This document shows, piece after piece, positions 1 to 9,057 of a DNA stretch of 47,992 nt. Both the position numbers and the translations under genes were made by a program. The notes under the pieces are model-generated. The model did no database searches. It saw only the letters and a program-made list of their open reading frames with translations, and was not told where the DNA came from. Within the stretch, counting starts at the first letter, position 1, and each line of letters starts with the position of its first letter. Location of the stretch: the NCBI GenBank assembly GCA_041492345.1, contig JBGPWS010000001.1:1-47992 (forward strand), given 5' to 3'. Source of the stretch: Pyrinomonadaceae bacterium. GTDB lineage: Bacteria > Acidobacteriota > Blastocatellia > Pyrinomonadales > Pyrinomonadaceae.

Positions 1-479
1 AGATCACGCACGCCGGCTGGATGGTGGCGGCCTTTGAGTTCTGCGGAGCGTTGGGCGCGATGTTCGGCGGCTGGATCACGGACAGGTATCTGGGCGGACG
101 GGCCGTGCGCGCCTGTGTCGTTTACATGGCGTTAGCGGCCGTCTCGCTCTTCGTGTTCTGGAAGCTTCCGCTGCAGTCTGAACTTCTTACTACCGCGGTA
201 CTCGGTTCCGCAGGCTTCTTCGTTTATGGCCCGCAATGTCTGCTCGCGGTCACTGCGGCGAATCTCGCAACCAAGAGAGCTGCTGCCACCGCCATCGGTT
301 TGACGAGCATCTTCGGCTATGCGAGCACCGTGCTTTCCGGTTGGGGACTGGGCGCGCTGGTGCAGCGCTATGGCTGGAACGTCGGCTTTGAAGGATTAAT
401 TGTCGTCGCGGTGATCGGCACTGTCCTCTTCATCGCGGCGTGGCCGGCGAAGGCGCATGGCTATGACACGGCCGCGTGA
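1..479 (+). CDS. MFS transporter, C-terminal fragment (organophosphate:Pi antiporter, UhpC/GlpT-like); 5' end outside window
   Basis: Frame is open from the window edge to TGA 477-479. The product is 4-5 hydrophobic helices with a 'GWITDRYLGGRA' loop, typical of the second half of OPA-family MFS proteins. Confidence 0.7.
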   Translation, partial: ITHAGWMVAAFEFCGALGAMFGGWITDRYLGGRAVRACVVYMALAAVSLFVFWKLPLQSELLTTAVLGSAGFFVYGPQCLLAVTAANLATKRAAATAIGLTSIFGYASTVLSGWGLGALVQRYGWNVGFEGLIVVAVIGTVLFIAAWPAKAHGYDTAA

Positions 480-622
480 GATCTTGAATCGCCACCCAAA
501 TAGCAACGTTCACGATCGTGAGAGCCAATTATGTTAAGGTAATGGGCTCTTAGTTAGTGTGATACTTGTGCAGTCACCTGCGCATTTTCGATCAGCTTAA
601 GATTCGACCGAAAGGAATCATC

Positions 623-1012
623 ATGAAAAAATTTGCTCTAGCTGTTCTAACTATTTCGCTGCTTACCGCCTCCACCACCTGGGCACAGAAACGGGTCAAA
701 TTCCCCCCGGGACGCACCACCGTCATTTTGAAGGGCGTGACCACCGGAGGCCCGAGCGAAAGCGGCGGTATGAATGCCGTAAGCTATAGGCTCCGCGCGC
801 GGAAGGGCCAGACGATGACCTTGCATCTGACCTCGGCCAAAAGGAACGCGGTGTTTGGCGTCTATGCGCCGGGCACGCAACTTATAGACGGCGCGCAGAA
901 CGTCACCGATTGGAGTGGGACGCTGTCGAAATCAGGAGACTACGAAATTATTGTGTTCCCAAGTGACGAGAAGACAAATACAGCGTACACCCTCGAAGTC
1001 ACTGTCCGATAA
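623..1012 (+). CDS. Small secreted beta-rich protein, function unknown
   Basis: ATG 623 is preceded by AAAGGA (611-616). The N-terminus MKKFALAVLTISLLTASTTWAQ is a classic signal peptide. No catalytic motif recognised. The track start at 566 has no RBS. Confidence 0.6.
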   Translation: MKKFALAVLTISLLTASTTWAQKRVKFPPGRTTVILKGVTTGGPSESGGMNAVSYRLRARKGQTMTLHLTSAKRNAVFGVYAPGTQLIDGAQNVTDWSGTLSKSGDYEIIVFPSDEKTNTAYTLEVTVR

Positions 1013-1038
1013 GAATCAAGGGGGCGCAAGATGCAGAA

Positions 1039-1063
1039 CCGCTCGCGGTAGCGAGCCGGTAAC
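1039..1063. repeat. 25-nt hairpin repeat CCGCTCGCGGTAGCGAGCNGGTAAC (copy 1 of 2 in window)
   Basis: Stem GCTCGC/GCGAGC with GGTA loop. An almost identical copy lies at 7677-7701. Located between convergent genes. Confidence 0.8.
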
Positions 1064-1122
1064 CCCATAAGACCCGCTTCCTACCGCAAGCGTTCCGTAT
1101 CTTGCTAACTCTCGCGAGACAC

Positions 1123-4100
1123 TCATGGTCCGAAGCGCTGCCGATACTCTCCTGAGACAAGGAACGCCTTGACCATGTCAGCGTTGTTAAAGTTGCCGTT
1201 GAATTGGTCCAGCTTCGTCAACCAGAAGTTGAATCCCGCCGCATCCGGATCGCGTCGCAGATAACCAAAGTATTCCAGCCGCACGAACATTTGATTTGCC
1301 TCTGCCTGCCGGAAGCTCGGCTTCTCAGTGATTTTGCGCAGCACCGTCGCGTAGGTTTCGGTGCCGCCGTTCATCCCATTCACCATCGCGTCGCATTCCG
1401 CTTCAGTGAAGCTGATGCCCGTGTTCGCCACCAAAGCGTCGACGTATTGTTCATTGAACAGGTGGCCGTACATCGAGATGAACTCCGGCCGCTTTACATA
1501 GTCGTTGAAGTAAGCGGCCTTGTTGGCTTCCAACACCGCCGCCGCGCCCGGCGCGGTAGCGATATAGTCCCGGCCCAACGCCTGTGCATCGCGCTCAAAC
1601 CGGTTGTAGGCGGGCACCCCTCCGAAAGCCGCTTTGCTCGCCAGATAAGCCGTGCCGCCAGTCTCCTGGAACTCAATCGAAAGGAAGAATGCCGCCGAGA
1701 CATTGATGCGTTTGAGTTCGATGCATTGAGCATCAGCGCCACACGAGGTGATCTCGTGAGTCCAGAAAGCGAGACCGTCAGCGTCAGGCTCGCGATTGAG
1801 AAAGTCGTGATAGTGCTGGCGCACAAAGATGTTCGCGTCATCGATCTGGTTCGCCGGCGGCGCTGCCGGGATATCGGTGATCGTCACGGTTGCCGACGAA
1901 GGCGTGACAAAGGCCGCTCCGCCCGTCAGATTCGACAGGTTCGCGGTGAACAGTTCCGGCCCTTCCACATACGAGTCAGGATTAAGCAGCACGCTAAAGC
2001 TCTTCTGCGTCTCGCCCGGAGCAAACTTCAGGGTCCCCATCGCCACAGTGAAGTCACAACGCGCCGATGCCAGACCGTTAGCAATGGCGCACAAAGCCGG
2101 TGCGCCCGCATCATCGGTCGCGTAATCAACCGTCACCGGCTGCGAAGTGTCGTTGGTGCGATTTACCGTTAGGGTTACGAAGCCGGCGCTCTTGCTGACA
2201 CTGTAGGTCGCCTGACTGAAGCTGACGAAGCCGCCCTGCACATCGTCGTTCTGAATCGTGCCCGTGCCCTGGGCCTTATCGATCGTGGCATTAACCGGGC
2301 TCGAGAGATTCACGGTGAAGGCCTCGTCCGGCTCAAAATTTTGATCGCAGTTGATCGTTACCCCAATGGTCCTGGTGGTTTCACCCGGATTGAAAGTCAA
2401 AGTTGCCATCGGGATTGCTGTGTAGTCAGACGGCGCGGTCGCCGTGCCGTTCGCAGTCGCATAGTTAGCCGTCACCGGCAGATTACTTGGCACCGAAAGC
2501 GCGACGGTAAAGTTCAGCGTCTTCGTTCCATCGTCGCCTTCGATTATTGAGATATCGTTGATCGACAGCGTCAGCTTGACTAACTGTCCGCCCGCCAGCG
2601 TTCCGGTGCTGGCAAGATAGTTTCCCCCAGTGTAGTCGGCGGTGATGTTGTGCGTGCCCGCGGTCAACGATGAAGTCGTGAAGGTGGCGGCTCCGCTCGC
2701 GTTACTTCCGGGGCAGCAAGAAGAAAGCGCCACGGGTGCACCCGCATTTACCCCATCCACCTTGAACTGCACCGTTCCGGTCGGCGTCCCGGCCTCCGAA
2801 GTGACCCTGGCGGTGAAGATCACAGGCTGTCCCAGGTCAGACGGATTTAAGGACGACGACACGGTGGTGGTCGTGATGACGAAGCCCGACTCGAAGGAGC
2901 CGATGTCCACCGACCCGTTGACGATCCGAGCGAACCCGGTGCTGCGCTGATCGGTAAAGGGTGGACCAGGGAAGGGTGGCACGGTAATCGCCGCGTTATT
3001 GCCGGCGTCGATGGCCGGACTCCCCGGCAGCAGCGCCATTGTCTGCGTTGGTCCACCGTTGTTCGCGAGTGATCCGAGCAGCGCATCGACCGGCGCGGCG
3101 ATCGTGCCAACGATGTCGCCGTTGACGCCATTAACAAAACCGGTGCTGCCATCGCTCTTACCAATCACGTTGTTGCCTTTTGAGGTGAAGATAACGCCAT
3201 AAACGCCATAACCATCCATTACATCAGGCCTCGGATCAAAACTTGAGGAGTTTCCGGCGATAATGGTGTTTTTGATATTCATGACCCCGCCGATGCCGCC
3301 GCTGATGCCGCCGCCGCCGCCGCTGCTGATCGCCGTGTTGCCTGCGATTGTGCTGTTAGTGATAGTCATTGTGCCGCCGGCAATGCCGCCGCCAAAGCCG
3401 GCGGTGCCTTGGGCGCCGCCGCTAACCGTGTTGCCTGAGATCGTGCTGTTGGTGACATTAAGCGTTCCGCCGTTGTAAATGCCACCACCGTAGATGTTCC
3501 AGCACCAGTCCTTGAATCCGCAGACGACATCATCGCGCGCCGTGTTGCCTGAGATTGTGCTGTTGGTGACAGTCAATGTGCCACCGTTGTTAATACCGCC
3601 GCCACTCGCATTATTTCCGCTAGCCGTGTTGCCTGAGATTGAGCTGTAGCCGACATACACTGTGCCGCCGTAGTTAAAAATGCCGCCGCCTGCAGCATAA
3701 TTGCCGGTAGCGGTGTTGCCTGAGATTGTGCTGTTGTTGATAATCAAAATGCCGTGGTCGTTGCATATGGCGCCGCCGCCGGTGCCGACGTTGCCACGGT
3801 CTCCGTTTTCAGCGGTGTTGCCTGAAAGGGTAACACCGGTCACCGTCAACGTGCCGCTGTTGTAAATGCCACCGCCTCCGTCCCCTTGCCGCCAGCCGTT
3901 GGGTGCCGGCGCATAAATCCCCTTGGTTATTGTTAGTCCGTACAGCGTGACGTTGCCGGCACTTACGCTGAAGACCTTGCTCGCGTTGTTGCCGCTAATC
4001 GTGAGCAGGTTCGCGCCCGGTCCCTGAATCGTCAGATTCTTATCAATCAGCAACTGTCCGCTGGTCAAAGTAATGGGACTGGTGACCTGACCGGCCGTCA

Positions 4101-4779
4101 TATCAAAAGTCACGTTGGTGCCTGGGCAGGCGCTCTTGATGCTCGCGCGCAGAGAGCCCGCACCGCTGTCGTTCCTGTTGGTTACCGTTGTCGCCCCACA
4201 ACTGACCGTGATCGACCCGGTTACCGTGCCTCCGCCCAAGCCGGCATCTGAATTGCTCGTCGAAGCCTGCACCTCAAACCTGAAGTTCGTTCCCGGACTG
4301 GACAGGTTGTTGGCCGGCGTGAACTTCAATCCCTGACTGCCTTCAGCAACCGTAATGAACTGAGGGTAGTAAATCTTCGTTGTGCCGTCGTTCTGGAACA
4401 GCGTGCCGTTCTGAATGTTGGTAATCTTGAAGTGAGTAACTTCCGCGCCATCTGCCGGATTAGGACTGATCACGAGGCCTGAAGTGGTCTGAGTGTTGAC
4501 CGTAGTCGTGGCGTTCGTCACTGATGGAGGGCCAGGCGTGACTACCGGTGGCGTGTTGTCGGCGCCATTGATAACCGTCACGTTATTGCTGTTAGCAGTG
4601 GCCACATAGGTTTTGTTAGTCGCCGGATTGACCGCGATGGCCGTGGGCGCACTGCCAACCGGGATGTTACTTTGAAACCCATCCATCCGCGCCTCTCGCA
4701 CACTGATCAAGGCGATCAGTGACAGCATCAGGACGATGCACAGCCGGCTATAATTTCTTAAGTTGTGTTGGTAATGCAT
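1123..4779 (-). CDS. Giant secreted repeat protein: right-handed parallel beta-helix repeats, Ig-like region, Calx-beta-like modules, C-terminal DUF4214-like repeats
   Basis: ATG at 4779 gives MHYQHNLRNYSRLCIVLMLSLIALISV (signal/anchor). There are more than 10 'GGGIxNxGTLTVTNSTISGNTA' units. 'FxxxSYSVSE..VTLTVxR' and 'TGTIQNDD' type Calx-beta signatures are present. The C-terminal 'FVRQHYHDFLNREPDADGLAFW' and 'YFGYLRRDPDAAGFNFW' are DUF4214-type. Confidence 0.85.
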   Translation of the reverse strand: MHYQHNLRNYSRLCIVLMLSLIALISVREARMDGFQSNIPVGSAPTAIAVNPATNKTYVATANSNNVTVINGADNTPPVVTPGPPSVTNATTTVNTQTTSGLVISPNPADGAEVTHFKITNIQNGTLFQNDGTTKIYYPQFITVAEGSQGLKFTPANNLSSPGTNFRFEVQASTSNSDAGLGGGTVTGSITVSCGATTVTNRNDSGAGSLRASIKSACPGTNVTFDMTAGQVTSPITLTSGQLLIDKNLTIQGPGANLLTISGNNASKVFSVSAGNVTLYGLTITKGIYAPAPNGWRQGDGGGGIYNSGTLTVTGVTLSGNTAENGDRGNVGTGGGAICNDHGILIINNSTISGNTATGNYAAGGGIFNYGGTVYVGYSSISGNTASGNNASGGGINNGGTLTVTNSTISGNTARDDVVCGFKDWCWNIYGGGIYNGGTLNVTNSTISGNTVSGGAQGTAGFGGGIAGGTMTITNSTIAGNTAISSGGGGGISGGIGGVMNIKNTIIAGNSSSFDPRPDVMDGYGVYGVIFTSKGNNVIGKSDGSTGFVNGVNGDIVGTIAAPVDALLGSLANNGGPTQTMALLPGSPAIDAGNNAAITVPPFPGPPFTDQRSTGFARIVNGSVDIGSFESGFVITTTTVSSSLNPSDLGQPVIFTARVTSEAGTPTGTVQFKVDGVNAGAPVALSSCCPGSNASGAATFTTSSLTAGTHNITADYTGGNYLASTGTLAGGQLVKLTLSINDISIIEGDDGTKTLNFTVALSVPSNLPVTANYATANGTATAPSDYTAIPMATLTFNPGETTRTIGVTINCDQNFEPDEAFTVNLSSPVNATIDKAQGTGTIQNDDVQGGFVSFSQATYSVSKSAGFVTLTVNRTNDTSQPVTVDYATDDAGAPALCAIANGLASARCDFTVAMGTLKFAPGETQKSFSVLLNPDSYVEGPELFTANLSNLTGGAAFVTPSSATVTITDIPAAPPANQIDDANIFVRQHYHDFLNREPDADGLAFWTHEITSCGADAQCIELKRINVSAAFFLSIEFQETGGTAYLASKAAFGGVPAYNRFERDAQALGRDYIATAPGAAAVLEANKAAYFNDYVKRPEFISMYGHLFNEQYVDALVANTGISFTEAECDAMVNGMNGGTETYATVLRKITEKPSFRQAEANQMFVRLEYFGYLRRDPDAAGFNFWLTKLDQFNGNFNNADMVKAFLVSGEYRQRFGP
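3335..3850 (-). repeat. Imperfect tandem coding repeats (84-114 nt period) inside the giant protein gene
   Basis: The plus-strand motif GTGTTGCCTGAGAT(T/C)GTGCTGTTGGTGAC recurs at 3335, 3428, 3542, 3626, 3713 and 3815. It encodes the 'ISGNTA' beta-helix rungs. Confidence 0.8.
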
Positions 4780-5315
4780 GGAGGCGCGACCTTTCTCAGT
4801 GAGTGTTTCAGCCCACGGCAGGTGAGAATGCGTTGGAGTGCAGTGCTGGAGAGTACTGCTATAGCGCGTATACTCACGCGCAAAAACGAAACAGCGTCCT
4901 TTTTCCACGAGAACCTTGACGCTAAACGTGGTCTGATCAGTTACAACACTGCCCGCCGATTACTACATTTCATCAAGGCTCAATCCGGGCTCGTCCTTAG
5001 TGTTGGCAAAGCAAAGCACATGCCGGGATTTGCTCGCCGTTTGTCTTCAGCAACCGGCCTGAGAGACCGGCGTGCATGCGGAAAAATCACACAATGCTGC
5101 GAGGCTTTCCACATCAGCGTTCCTCACCAGCTGAAGGAACTCCGAGGGCTATGATGTTCTGGCGATTGATTGATCTTTCGTCGCACCGGCCAGCATTACT
5201 CTTCCGCTGGCCGGTCATGAGGAGATGGGCAAACAGCACACACAAAACCTGAGAAAGGCGGCCCAGTGACCGCCTTCATCTTTGCGATAAGTGATTGTCG
5301 GGAGTATAGATTATT

Positions 5316-5391
5316 TGGAGCCGGCTATCGGAGTCGAACCGATGACCTTGCGATTACGAATCGCACGCTCTACCAACTGAGCTAAGCCGGC
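5316..5391 (-). tRNA. tRNA-Thr (anticodon CGU)
   Basis: The reverse complement reads GCCGGCTTAGCTCAGTTGGTAGAGCGTGCGATTCGTAATCGCAAGGTCATCGGTTCGACTCCGATAGCCGGCTCCA. It has a 7-bp acceptor stem, anticodon stem TGCGA/TCGCA with loop TT-CGT-AA, a GGTTCGA T-loop and an encoded CCA. Confidence 0.93.
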
Positions 5392-5507
5392 CTGCTTGAG
5401 CATCTGAACTATACGAACGCGTTATTTCCGCTGTCAAGCAGGTTGAAAAAAAGAGAGGTGTCTTAGTTGTCAGGTGTTTCCCAACTTAAGACACTACCGA
5501 AGAAACA

Positions 5508-7151
5508 ATGTGCGCTGAGATGACGATGAAAGAAGTAAATGTTTTGATAGCACGCCCGGTGAGATACTCGCACTCCCGGGCGGTCTGCCTCCGCGTCCTG
5601 ATCCTCTCTTTCTTCGCCTTCGCAGTCCTCTGCCAGCCAGTACTCGCGCAGCAAACTAGGAAACTTCCTTCTGCCGAAAAGATCGTCGACAACTATTTGA
5701 AAGCGATCGGCGGGAAGAAGCAGGCGAGCTCGATCCGTGACGCCACTTATGAATGGACGATTCAGCTCAAAAACCAGCCCATGGGCATCGCCCGAGTTCA
5801 GTTCAAAGCGCCCGCCTCGCAACGCTCAGAGCTGACTTTCGGCAACGGACAGATCATTTCGGCGGCGAATCCCAGATCTGCCTGGGTCCGGGGGCTTGGC
5901 GGCGAACTGCGAACGCTCACCGGGCCGGAAGCAGCGGCGGCTAAACTGCAAGCCGCGTTGGATGTCGCGCATCTGATCGATTACAAAAAAGCCAACGTTC
6001 TTGCCCGCGTCGTTTCATTGGATAATTCGGCTTTGGGCCCTGCCTATGTCGTGGAATTCTCTTCGCGCGGCGGCGCTCGGTTAAGATATCTGTTCAGTAC
6101 TACCACAAGACTACTTATTGGCATTCAGGACGAAGCTCGCAAGACCGTCACCTGGTTTGAAGACTACCGGCCGGAAGGGAATATTCTCGAGCCACACCTT
6201 CTGCGAATCAACCAGGGCGGCGCCGGAGATCTCACTTTCAAACTCCAACGAGTAAGTTACAACTCCGGAGTCGCGTCGACCGTGTTTGATCCGCCGCGCA
6301 GCGCTGAGGCGTTGGACGTTACCACTCTGCTGCGCGAAGTTTCTCGGAATCAGGACGCGGTTGAGAAGCGCGTCACGGAATACTCGTTCCTACAGAAGGA
6401 GACTGAACGCGAAATCGACGGCAAAGGCGTGGTGAAGAAAGAGACAGTCAAGGTGCATGAGGTGTTTCCTCTTCCGAATCGCGAGCCAATCCTGAAACTG
6501 ATCAGCGAAAACGGCGTGACTCTTTCCGGCGATCGCGCCGCCAAAGAAGAAAAGCGAGTACAGGAAGAGTTTCTGAAAGCGGAACGCGACAAAGACAAGC
6601 TGGCGCAGAAGGAAGAGCAACAACGCGCGGAACGCCAGCGAAAAAGAGCGAACAATGGCCAGCAGGAAGAAGACAGCGATGTCGCGATCTCGCGGTTTCT
6701 GCTTATCTGTGAGTTTGTGTCGCCGCGTCGTGAACGCTTTCAGGATCGCGACGCCGTCGTTTTCGACTTCCGGGCCCGACCCGGATTCAAGCCCAGCACT
6801 CGTCAGGAAAGTCTGATCTCCAAACTGGTGGGAGTTGTCTGGATCGATCCGGTTGATAAGCAGGTTATGCGCCTTGAGGCCCGGCTGGCCGAAGGCTTCA
6901 AGATGGGTGGAGGATTATTGCTTTCGTTGCGTCCGGGCGCCGCCTTAGTCATGGAGCAGATGCGAGTGAACGAAGGAATCTGGATGCCGCGTTTTGTGCA
7001 GATCAATCTGTCCGTTAAGGTGCTTTTGTTTGGCGGCGGCGATATAAACCAAACTATCGAGTGGAGCGATTACAAACACTTCTCTGCCGAGGTTGATAGT
7101 TACAAGCTGGGCGTGCCGAAGACAGAAGAAACTCCTAACAAGAAACCGTGA
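5508..7151 (+). CDS. Secreted hypothetical protein with central K/E/Q-rich coiled-coil segment (N-terminal part resembles LolA-like lipoprotein-sorting folds)
   Basis: 547-aa ORF with a hydrophobic signal region (LILSFFAFAVLCQPVLAQ) and a charged block EEKRVQEEFLKAERDKDKLAQKEEQQRAERQRKR. Start could also be 5520 or 5526. Confidence 0.65.
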   Translation: MCAEMTMKEVNVLIARPVRYSHSRAVCLRVLILSFFAFAVLCQPVLAQQTRKLPSAEKIVDNYLKAIGGKKQASSIRDATYEWTIQLKNQPMGIARVQFKAPASQRSELTFGNGQIISAANPRSAWVRGLGGELRTLTGPEAAAAKLQAALDVAHLIDYKKANVLARVVSLDNSALGPAYVVEFSSRGGARLRYLFSTTTRLLIGIQDEARKTVTWFEDYRPEGNILEPHLLRINQGGAGDLTFKLQRVSYNSGVASTVFDPPRSAEALDVTTLLREVSRNQDAVEKRVTEYSFLQKETEREIDGKGVVKKETVKVHEVFPLPNREPILKLISENGVTLSGDRAAKEEKRVQEEFLKAERDKDKLAQKEEQQRAERQRKRANNGQQEEDSDVAISRFLLICEFVSPRRERFQDRDAVVFDFRARPGFKPSTRQESLISKLVGVVWIDPVDKQVMRLEARLAEGFKMGGGLLLSLRPGAALVMEQMRVNEGIWMPRFVQINLSVKVLLFGGGDINQTIEWSDYKHFSAEVDSYKLGVPKTEETPNKKP

Positions 7152-7205
7152 GCGAGATTGAGTATCATAGCCTTTAGTCCGTGAATCTAACATACGTGGT
7201 TTCTT

Positions 7206-7291
7206 CCCCTCCCTTTGGGAGGGGTTAGGGGAGGGCGCTAGGCATGACGCTGACAAGCCCTCTCCCCTGCCCTCTCCCAAAGGGAGAGGGA
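7206..7291. repeat. Inverted pair of 'CCCTCTCCC-TTT-GGGAGAGGG..AGGGGAGAGGGC' hairpin units (locus A of 3)
   Basis: Hairpins CCCCTCCC-TTT-GGGAGGGG (7206-7224) and CCCTCTCCC-AAA-GGGAGAGGG (7271-7291). The two ~35-nt units are reverse complements of one another. The same family occurs at 41854-41950 and 42463-42560. Confidence 0.85.
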
Positions 7292-7350
7292 GAAAAGAAT
7301 CTAAAGTTTGAGGGACACTGAAGCCTGTGAGACACGAGAAAGAAGAAGTT

Positions 7351-7563
7351 ATGAAAGATCAAACACGCAACATTGAAACATTCAAGGTCGGAGCGACCCG
7401 CGTAAACGAATTCGATTTTCATAAGCATCAGGGCGAGATGCATGAGCGCCGTGCTAATGATCATGAGCACGGGACTGCCGCGACCGAAACCAAAGCTGAG
7501 CGCGTGGCAGAGACTATGAAGAAGGCGCACGAGAAAGTTTTGCGGAGGAAGAGGCGGCGTTGA
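7351..7563 (+). CDS. Small basic/His-rich hypothetical protein (70 aa)
   Basis: ATG 7351 after GAAAGAAGAAG. No recognisable domain. Sits between repeat clusters, so coding status is uncertain. Confidence 0.3.
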   Translation: MKDQTRNIETFKVGATRVNEFDFHKHQGEMHERRANDHEHGTAATETKAERVAETMKKAHEKVLRRKRRR

Positions 7564-7676
7564 GGATCTTCGGCTAGGCATAGCCTCGCCGAAAAATAAG
7601 GTGAGAGCGAAGCCGGAAAGGCGAAGCCTTTCCGCACATCGGACGGCAGAGCCGCAAAGAAATCCGGTACGGATCC

Positions 7677-7701
7677 GCTCGCGGTAGCGAGCAGGTAACG
7701 A
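7677..7701. repeat. 25-nt hairpin repeat CCGCTCGCGGTAGCGAGCNGGTAAC (copy 2)
   Basis: 24/25 identical to 1039-1063. Preceded by a further hairpin CGGAAAGGC-GAA-GCCTTTCCG. Lies immediately upstream of trmFO. Confidence 0.8.
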
Positions 7702-7704
7702 TGC

Positions 7705-9057
7705 ATGAATGAGGTCATAGTTATCGGTGGAGGCTTGGCCGGCGTCGAAGCTGCCTGGCAGGCAGCTTGCGCCGGCGCGCTCGTGAGCTTGTACGAAATG
7801 CGCCCGATCAAACAGACACCGGCGCATCGTACGGATAAGCTCGCCGAGATTGTCTGCTCGAACTCTCTGAAATCGGACGAACAGGGTTCCGCTCCTTATC
7901 TCCTTAAAGAAGAATTGCGGCGGGGCAATTCGCTGGTGATGGAAGCAGCCGCGGCGACACGGGTACCGGCCGGCGCGGCCCTCGCGGTCGATCGCCAGCA
8001 GTTTGCCGAATACATAACCGCGCGCATCGAATCACATTCGCGGATTGAAGTTGTGCGCGAAGAAGTAACTACCATTCCGCGCGATGCGGTCACAATCATC
8101 GCCACCGGGCCCCTCACTTCCGATGCGCTGACAAAGGAAATCATGAAACTGACGGGCGATGATCAGCTTTATTTCTACGATGCAATCGCGCCGATCATCG
8201 CGGCTGATTCAGTCGATCGCTCGATAGCTTTTATGGCCGCACGCTATGGCAAAGGCGGAGACGATTATCTGAATTGCCCGTTTAATAAAGAGCAATACAC
8301 ACTCTTCTACCGAGCATTGATCGAAGCCAACAGCGTCCCGCTCCAGCGCTTCGAAGACACACATTGGTTCGAAGCCTGTCTGCCCATCGAGGAACTCGCA
8401 CGTCGCGGCGTCGATACCCTGCGCTACGGACCGATGAAGCCGGTCGGCCTGGTCGATCCCAGAACCGGGCGCGGGCCTTACGCCGCGGTCCAACTGCGGC
8501 AGGAAAACCTGATGGCTGACGCCTACAGCATGGTGGGCTTTCAGAATCATCTGCGTTATGGCGAGCAGGCACGCGTGCTGCGGATGATCCCCGGCCTCGA
8601 GCGGGCCGAGTTTCTGCAGTTCGGCCAGATTCATCGGAACACCTATATCAATGCGCCGCGCGTCCTCGCGGCAACCATGCAGATGCGTTCCGCCTCAAAC
8701 CTTTTCTTTGCCGGACAAATCACCGGCGTCGAAGGATACGTCGAGTCGGTGGCGATGGGTTGGCTGGCGGGAAACAACGCGGCCCGACACTTGGGGGGTG
8801 AAGAACTTTTGCTGGCGCCGCCGCGTAGTGCAATTGGCGCCCTGGCGCGATACGTTTCGGGAGCGGAAACAAAGAACTATCAGCCGGTAAATATCACGTT
8901 CGCGCTGCTGCAACCGCTCAGTGCTGAACAAGCACGGAGCGTGCGACGCAAGCGGGACCGGCACCTGCTGCAAATTAAGCTGGCCTTGGAAGAGTGGGAC
9001 GAGTGGCTATCAACCGTGCGAAAAGAACGCGAACCAGTGCTGACTGCGGCGCCATGA
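7705..9057 (+). CDS. trmFO: Methylenetetrahydrofolate--tRNA-(uracil54-C5)-methyltransferase TrmFO (Gid)
   Basis: N-terminal FAD fold MNEVIVIGGGLAGVEAAWQAA. 450 aa, collinear with TrmFO including CSNSLK and FAGQITGVEGYVES segments. Confidence 0.9.
   Translation: MNEVIVIGGGLAGVEAAWQAACAGALVSLYEMRPIKQTPAHRTDKLAEIVCSNSLKSDEQGSAPYLLKEELRRGNSLVMEAAAATRVPAGAALAVDRQQFAEYITARIESHSRIEVVREEVTTIPRDAVTIIATGPLTSDALTKEIMKLTGDDQLYFYDAIAPIIAADSVDRSIAFMAARYGKGGDDYLNCPFNKEQYTLFYRALIEANSVPLQRFEDTHWFEACLPIEELARRGVDTLRYGPMKPVGLVDPRTGRGPYAAVQLRQENLMADAYSMVGFQNHLRYGEQARVLRMIPGLERAEFLQFGQIHRNTYINAPRVLAATMQMRSASNLFFAGQITGVEGYVESVAMGWLAGNNAARHLGGEELLLAPPRSAIGALARYVSGAETKNYQPVNITFALLQPLSAEQARSVRRKRDRHLLQIKLALEEWDEWLSTVRKEREPVLTAAP

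Noticed and set aside
7225-7827. 200-aa minus-strand ORF spanning the repeat cluster and the trmFO start
   Set aside because: It reads through the hairpin repeats (giving PLP/GEG-type peptide strings) and overlaps the trmFO 5' end. It has no RBS or motif.
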